From Toensbergia leucococca (Eukaryota): DNA of 64,000 bases. Location: contig JALDZS010000027.1 in NCBI GenBank assembly GCA_022813965.1, forward strand, positions 62,001 through 126,000, given 5' to 3'. The stretch's first letter is position 1. The number at the start of each line of letters is the position of its first letter. Below, piece by piece: positions 57,643-64,000 of the stretch. The translations under genes were made by a program, and so were the position numbers. The notes beneath the pieces are model-generated. The model was not told the origin of the DNA. It did no database searches and saw nothing but the letters and a program-made list of their open reading frames with translations.

Positions 57643-59176
57643 ATGAGGGTACTTCCTGGTATCATCTCAGCGAGCGCAGCCTGCTTAGTACAAGCCGCTG
57701 GGCCTACTGCACCTGTCTACACATTCGACGCAACACCACATCCTGAACAAGACTCGCCTCTCATATCGCCACAGGAGGCCAGTCTCATCTTTGCTTACCG
57801 ACTAGGATTATCGCAATACCACAATGTGCAATATGCCGACGAATCTGGGCTGCGGCATTTGAACACCTTCGGAGGATCTCAACAGAAGCTATTCAGCACC
57901 GAGGAGCAGGATTGGTCAGCGGGGGCAGGAAAAATCTTGGTCGTGGTTGAGGGAGTAGAACATCCAGAGCGTATGTGATAGGATTATGCTGGCTGCAAGT
58001 ATCGACATCTGAAGACAAAGCTGAGAATCGCACAATAGACCTCTTCGATCCAAAAACCACCAGGCCAGCGTTCACAATCCAAAACCCGCCATCCTCCCAA
58101 GATACCCTGCAGCTCACTTTAGATCTTCTAGCACAAGATAAGCATAGGCGAGAGAAAGACAATGATTGTGTATTCGAGATACCTGCAGGCACCGACCTTC
58201 GTGGCGGGCTCAATGGCAAATCAGATGTAAGAGAAATCTACCACCAGGACCTAGGTGTCTAAGCTACTGATCAGCCTAACAGCGACGCGGAGAATGCCAC
58301 CTTAGAGCCGGCACATTCGCTGACCCTGGAAAAAAAGATGACGAGTTCCAAGCTTTCGAGTATCTGGTCCGTACTGCGAACCATGGCTTCGGATCCGACG
58401 ACCACACCGTGATAGTCCACCTGTCTACTTTAAGTGTTCGTGATATTCTTACCTGCTCGTTTTCGTGAAGATCACTCAAATCTGATGATACTCAGAAAAT
58501 TGCCCAGAACAGTGGCACCCCTGCTAGAGAACCCTACAAAAAAGCCATTCAAAGCCTAACATCAGCTTTTCAATACCTCCAATCTCACGCAACATCCAGA
58601 GAAGCAACCATTGTCCTTATGCCTCCCTCTGCCTCCGCAGCCAAACGAAAACCTAGCCCCTACGGATCGTATACCAACCCCAAGAAATCCCACCAAGCCC
58701 GCCAGGTCCAACCCGAGGAACCCCTCTCCATGGCCTCCACCCCCTCCACCTACTCCTCAAATCCGAGCACCCCGCAAATCTTCCCCGCCTCCGCACTCCC
58801 AAGAGGCATCCTGCCCGTCTGCCATTCCACCCTCGAGTCTTGCATAATCGCCACAAACAACTGTACCGGCCACGGCACCGCCGCCCGCAAATTCACCTCT
58901 AACAAAGGTTCCGAAGACAAAAACGTCGACTGCTACGCCTGTGAGTGCGGGAACACCACGCGCGTGAACGAGGATGGCACCATCAAGACTACGCAGTGGG
59001 GCGGTCCTGCTTGTCAGAAGAAGGATATCAGCGCGGCGTTTTGGTTGCTGGCGGGCTTCTCGATCGTGATGATGGCGACAGTCAGTTGGGGCGTGGGGCT
59101 TCTGTTTAGTATTGGGCAGGAAGACTTGCCGAGTGTGATTGGTGCCGGGGTGGCGGGGCCGAGGGCTCAGAGATAG
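57643..59176 (+). CDS. Vacuolar sorting protein Vps3844 (DUF3844)
   Basis: Signal peptide, RLGLSQYH, Cys-rich C..ATNNCTGHG...CYACEC...WGGPACQKKDIS, TM segment and LPSVIGAGVAGPRAQR; multi-exon. Confidence 0.88.
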
Positions 59177-61423
59177 AATGATTGGCGGGGATTGAGGGTT
59201 TTTCTTGAGTCATTTGTCGTTGTTATGGATTTTACTGGTTCTTGTAGGGTATATATCGAAGGTATTCTTGTCATTTAAATAGAGTCATTGCAATGTTGTT
59301 GCTCATCTCTTTCTATCAATGAATATGTAATTTTCTGGACTACTACTAGGGGGATTGAACGACACATTTCTGTGCCCTTGCCCTTTGCTCAACTCAACAA
59401 TGCTCTCTTCACGCATGCACATGATATGATTAGGACATTATTTCCCCCCCCCCACCCCCCCCAACACCCATGCCGGCCCTGCATAGAATTTGGAGTTTTC
59501 TTTGGCGCTATATTTTTTGCAAAACTTTTTGGTGGAAATTGGAAAAGGCTTTGAATTTAGCTGATCTGCACCTGTTTGTTTTCGGGTTTGATTTGTTATT
59601 GATAGCGCTTGGGATATATTTGATGTTGGATGTTTCGTATGTTTGAAATGGGTAGGTAGGTTGGCAGGTAAACTCTATCCTTGCCTACTCTGGTTTATTT
59701 TGTTTTTAATCGTGCTATTAAATTCATGTGGGCGATGGGTGTAAAGAGATATAGAGAGAGAGAAAGGCAATTTCTGGATTTTTAAGGGGATGAGATAGCA
59801 TACCTGACTGCTATGGCCCACTGGTGAGCTGCAACCCTGTAAGAGAGAGAGAGCCGCTACCTAGGGTAGGTAGATTGGTAGAGGACTTGCAAATGTGTTA
59901 CCATTTTCTTTGACCAAAAGCTACTCCGTGCGTGAGTGCGTGCGTGCGTGCCTGGTGGAGCGGAATCGGATGGGCTTCCGTCCTGTTGGGTTTGGATCTA
60001 GGGAGTATTAGGATGAGAAATTTTGTCGGAATTTGGATTGGGGGGTTTGTCTGAGAGGAATGGGAGGGCTCAGGACGGGATGTGGGATTTTTTTTTATTT
60101 TTAGGGAAGATGTGGTTGTGGAATGAAAGGGGGAATAATGGGTCTTGAGAGAGGCGTGCTGTCTGTCTGTTTGTTTGTTTTTGGTCTTGTGGTTTTGTGG
60201 ATTAGACTAGACTAGATTATGTTTTATCTTTCAGGGCCCCAGAAGGGAGGAGAAAAGGGAGGGCAATGTTCGGATTTTTGGGGAATGGATGTTTGACGTT
60301 TTTTTTTCTTTGGATGTTTTGGAGGAGTGGAGGGTCTTTGCAATGCTTCTGTTCGAGCTATGAGGTCCTTTCTTTTGAAATGACGGGTTCAAAAGTACGC
60401 GATGATGATGATGATGACTTTATTTACTGTCCCAGTGATCGCACTTCGAGGGATAGAGCGGATTAGGTGGGATGAACGGATCAGGGGCTGACGATCAATC
60501 CCCAAAAGTGCCAAAAATGCCAAAAGAAACCAAAAAAACTCCAGTATGAGATCGATCGCTGCTAGGAACCCCCCTACTGCGAGTAGCGAGTAGCGAGTAG
60601 CGATGCCTTTATGTCTTGTTTCTCTCCATTTCCCCGACACAGTTAGACGCAATTTGTTTTTCTCCTATATCTCATCCTGTCCTGTTCGCCAAGCCTCTTT
60701 TCAGATTTGGGTGTCTTTTTTGGAGAAAGGTATTTTTTTGGTTCAGTGTGCCAGGCGTTGTAGGTGGCAAGGAGAAAAATTTCCATTTTCGCCAGTCACG
60801 GTATCAACAGTCGATGAGGACTTGAGTAGGTCGCTAGAGTATCATTGTGTAGAACCAGCGCGTCTGACTCTTGGTCTTGGACTGCTCTGATTGCTTGTAT
60901 TGCTGATTGTCGGGATTTATTATAGCGCTGATCTCTGTAGCTATTCAGCTCTTATAGGAAATCAGCGTCGATCCTCAATAGCGTTCTTTGCTTCTCTCTG
61001 CTTCATAACCTTGAGATTGTCCGAGAAGTTGTGGCCTTAAGGTTCGATAAAGGCCTTGAAATGCGCACCATTTGAAGAACCCCATGGTGCATGAACTGCG
61101 ACTAGTTCGGTCAGCTCATCCTTTATAGCGGCGGGCATAATTTCGAAAGAAACATACTCGCTGTGAGATCTTCTAGCAGCATAGGGGAACCAGATTGGCC
61201 TTCTGTCGTATCACTTTCTTGCTGAAGCAGGCCAGAATCCTCAAACAAGTTGTAGTGGACAGAAGCCCGGTTTGAGTACATGGAAGATTTTCTGAGCAGT
61301 GAGCGAAAAACACGGAAAACATATGGTGGTTTGTATTCCTCGACCCAAGGTTTTAGAGCCCACCAAAGAGAATTGGCAAGCTAGTAGAGCTCTAGCATCG
61401 GAGCTTCAGCTCAGAAAAGCCCT

Positions 61424-62775
61424 TCAAGCAGATTCAATCGTCATACTCGCTATTGGGGTGTTTCCTATACTTTCAAGCCCTCGGCTTGAGTTGACGTCCT
61501 CGATTACTCCTTGCCCATTACTTGACACAGAAGGGTGTTCTGTGCCTGTAAGCCCTGCCTCAACCCTGAGTTTTTCGTAATTCTTTCCTGCTTCTTTGAG
61601 CAACTCTTGGATCTCAATCTCTCTAGATACAATGTCGGCCTTCTCACGCTGAATTTCTTCCATCTTCTTAATTTTCTGCATTTTGGAATAATCCATACTA
61701 TTTAGCGCTGATTGCAATCGCTCAAGGCATGCATTCAGATTTGGTAAAGGTGTGATCCTCGGCGGCGTCTTTGGTTGCCTTGACAGGTCATATGGATCGT
61801 CTTTTTGCAATCCATCCATACCTGCTCGAGTTTGCGCAGCTTCATAAGCAGCATTTCGGTCGGCTTCGGAGTCGTCAGTATCCTCATCGGACGATCCTTC
61901 CACTTCGTTGATCAGGCTACGCATCTCCGCTTTATGTTTTCGCTTTTGCTCCCGCTCTGCTTTCTTGCCTAGAGATATCCTGCCGTCATCTACAAACTCA
62001 TCAAAACCTTCACCAACCTCCTCATCGTCTCGAACAAGCCGTGACTCGACTTTCTTCCTACGGGGTAGAAGGGATATCTCGCTGCCACCGTCGTCATCAT
62101 CCAGACTAATAAAGTCCCGTTCATTTGCAAGTCGCGCCCTTCGCTCTTTCTTCTCTTTAATCTCAGCCTCTGTAGGTATGATTGCGCCCTGAATCCCGTA
62201 TAGCTCTTGCCCAGATTGAGCATATACATCGAGCGTCTTGCCTGTATCATCATCCACATCGGATAGTGATCTTAAATCTTTTGGCGTGGACGGGGTAGAA
62301 CTTTTAAGCTCATTCAAGTGGTCCTTGCTATAGCTCGGGCGGTCTTCCGTTTGCCGGAACGGAATACGTTCAGATGATACCGAAGCTAAAGACTTCCGGA
62401 GGGCATTCTTCTCAATAGCTTTCCTACTGAGGTTCGATTTCTTTGGAGTAAAGACTTCGGACGTCACATTACCGTCCTCAGTCATCGAAGTTTCGCCGGG
62501 GCCAAAAGAAAGCCTCAGAGATGATCGCTTCTTTGGCCTTGAAGACTCGGTCAGATGGACAGACGAAGGGGCCGTAACGGGGGCGCTCTCTAATTAGATG
62601 GTCAGCTACATGCAAATAATGCCGATGGTAACGATTGGCCCCGAAAGCCTAGGTTTGAAATCGTACCTCGCTCGTCACTGGAACCTCCATGCACTTCGAC
62701 ATCACCACTGCTCTCCTCTATTCCATCTTGGCCAATTATGCGAGGTTTGCGCCTTGCGGCGAAGGACTTTCTCAT
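61424..62775 (-). CDS. NTR2: Nineteen-complex-related protein 2 (Ntr2-like spliceosome disassembly factor)
   Basis: MRKSFAARRKPR, SSLRLSFGP, RPSYSKDHLNELKSSTPSTP, IPTEAEIKEKKERRARLA, AYEAAQTRAG; intron 62666-62590. Confidence 0.85.
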
Positions 62776-63049
62776 GTTTGGGGTACTAATTCAGTTTTAA
62801 CACCAAGGAAAATATTCGAGTTGAATCCCGGAGCCATAAGGACATTGATAGCTAGCCTGTAGGGGCTTTCAAGAACATATAAGATGAGGGCCGCGCAGCA
62901 CAAGATGTTTTGCCTGAATGGCTGTGATTTGTGAATAGAGTACGGATATTTAACCGCTAGCACTATTCTATTCTAGCTCAGCCCTATAGAGTAGACTCCC
63001 TAAGAGTGCCTTTCTGAGGACCAAATAATCCATCACACACTCATTCAAG
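62776..63049. promoter_or_regulatory. Compact bidirectional promoter region between NTR2 and SmG
   Basis: 274 bp between divergent start codons. Confidence 0.55.
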
Positions 63050-63542
63050 ATGCCACAAGCTCAGCCAGAACTCAAGAAGGTACTCCCCATCAATATCGTA
63101 TTACCACAATCCGCCCGCTAATCAGCAACCCAAGTACCTTGACAAACGGCTATTCGTCCAACTCAATGGGAGCAGAAAAGTCACCGGCGTGCTACGAGGC
63201 TACGATGTACCTATCGCCCTGCGGATGCGACTAGCAAGGCACTGATTAAAAAAACTCAGGTCTTCCTAAACGTTGTTCTGGATGAGGCTGTTGAGGAGAA
63301 GGCTGGAGGGGAGAAGGTCAGAATTGGGATGGTGGTGAGTTTTACTGCTGGCGTGGTGTAGTTGGTTCTCTTGGGACTGATTGATATTGGCGCATCATTA
63401 GGTCATTCGCGGGAACTCTGTAGTAATGCTAGAGGTATGTATTGCAGAAGCTTTTGCAGCTGTGTCTGAATTGCATTCGGAAGGCTGACGCGTGGGTTTG
63501 ATGCAGGCTTTGGAACGTATTGGTGGAGATAGGGATAGGTGA
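63050..63542 (+). CDS. SMX2: Small nuclear ribonucleoprotein Sm G (missed by the ORF track)
   Basis: Five exons: MPQAQPELKK|YLDKRLFVQLNGSRKVTGVLRGYD|VFLNVVLDEAVEEKAGGEKVRIGMV|VIRGNSVVMLE|ALERIGGDRDR*. Confidence 0.97.
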
Positions 63543-64000
63543 TACCCATATTGTTTAGGTAGCAGATCAAAAGGAGAGAGGTGATTAAGCAACATTCCGG
63601 GCTGGAACCAACCACCATAGCTCAGCCATAAACACCCAAAAGAAGGGGGGAATGTTCCGATCTTCAAATCAGCGCAGGATTCTTAGAGCTGCTGCTGGAA
63701 TCTCAGTTTGAGGATCTGTTCATTGATTAGGCGCGCTACGTTCATTGAAGGATACGGCCTAAAGGCTGTGTGCAACATCTTGGAACCCCTGGAGGTAAAA
63801 TCCCATGTCTAACCTTTTTCATTAACCCTTGATCGAGTTCACTTCCTATATCTACCTACCTTATAGGCTTGGTTCCACATTAAGAGCTCGCTCCGATGGA
63901 TTTTGTTGTTCTAAAAAATCTAAAGCAACTCTGCGGTTTCTCATGATTGACTTCGACCTTTGATTCTGATGACCTGCATGACTATCACGTGTCCAGCTTT

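Noticed and set aside
59927..59952. (GTGC)n microsatellite; also (AATCG)n at ~2590 and (CT)n at ~19790
   Set aside because: Ordinary short simple repeats with no further structure.
60840..61400. Possible pseudogene or ncRNA downstream of NTR2
   Set aside because: Coding-like texture but interrupted frames, and no identifiable protein or snoRNA/snRNA motif.
1..64000. tRNA, rRNA or snRNA genes
   Set aside because: None recognised by eye; tRNAscan-SE and Infernal/Rfam would be needed to exclude them.

Overview
A gene-dense, intron-containing stretch of a filamentous ascomycete (Pezizomycotina) nuclear genome; a lichen-forming lineage is only a guess from composition. It holds about 20 intact protein-coding genes with short (mostly 50-65 nt) introns: a MutL-family repair gene (5'-truncated), polo kinase CDC5, OPA3, class I myosin, a membrane protein, a SAM methyltransferase, an IQ-motif protein, a DUF3807 protein, a GRE2-like reductase, adenylosuccinate synthetase, a large acidic DUF3659/LEA-type repeat protein, CPT1/EPT1, USB1, PAL1, ERO1, a TPT-family transporter, a hypothetical protein, VPS3844, NTR2 and SmG. 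There are three pseudogenes (SET-MYND, TPR-DUF4470, BBE-like FAD oxidase) and one internally deleted pogo/Fot1 transposon with perfect TIRs. Highlights found by hand: (1) a 3-exon 218-aa gene at 9041-9939(-), only fragmentarily visible in the ORF track, that reads as an ERCC1/FAAP24/SPO16-type pseudonuclease-HhH2 protein; (2) a RIP-like decay spectrum biased to CpG/CpC rather than CpA; (3) a divergent adenylosuccinate synthetase flanked on both sides by decayed AT-rich DNA; (4) recurring C-rich to G-rich compositional islands that even reshape protein C-termini. No tRNA, rRNA or CRISPR was recognised. All family assignments come from motif recognition by eye, not database searches.
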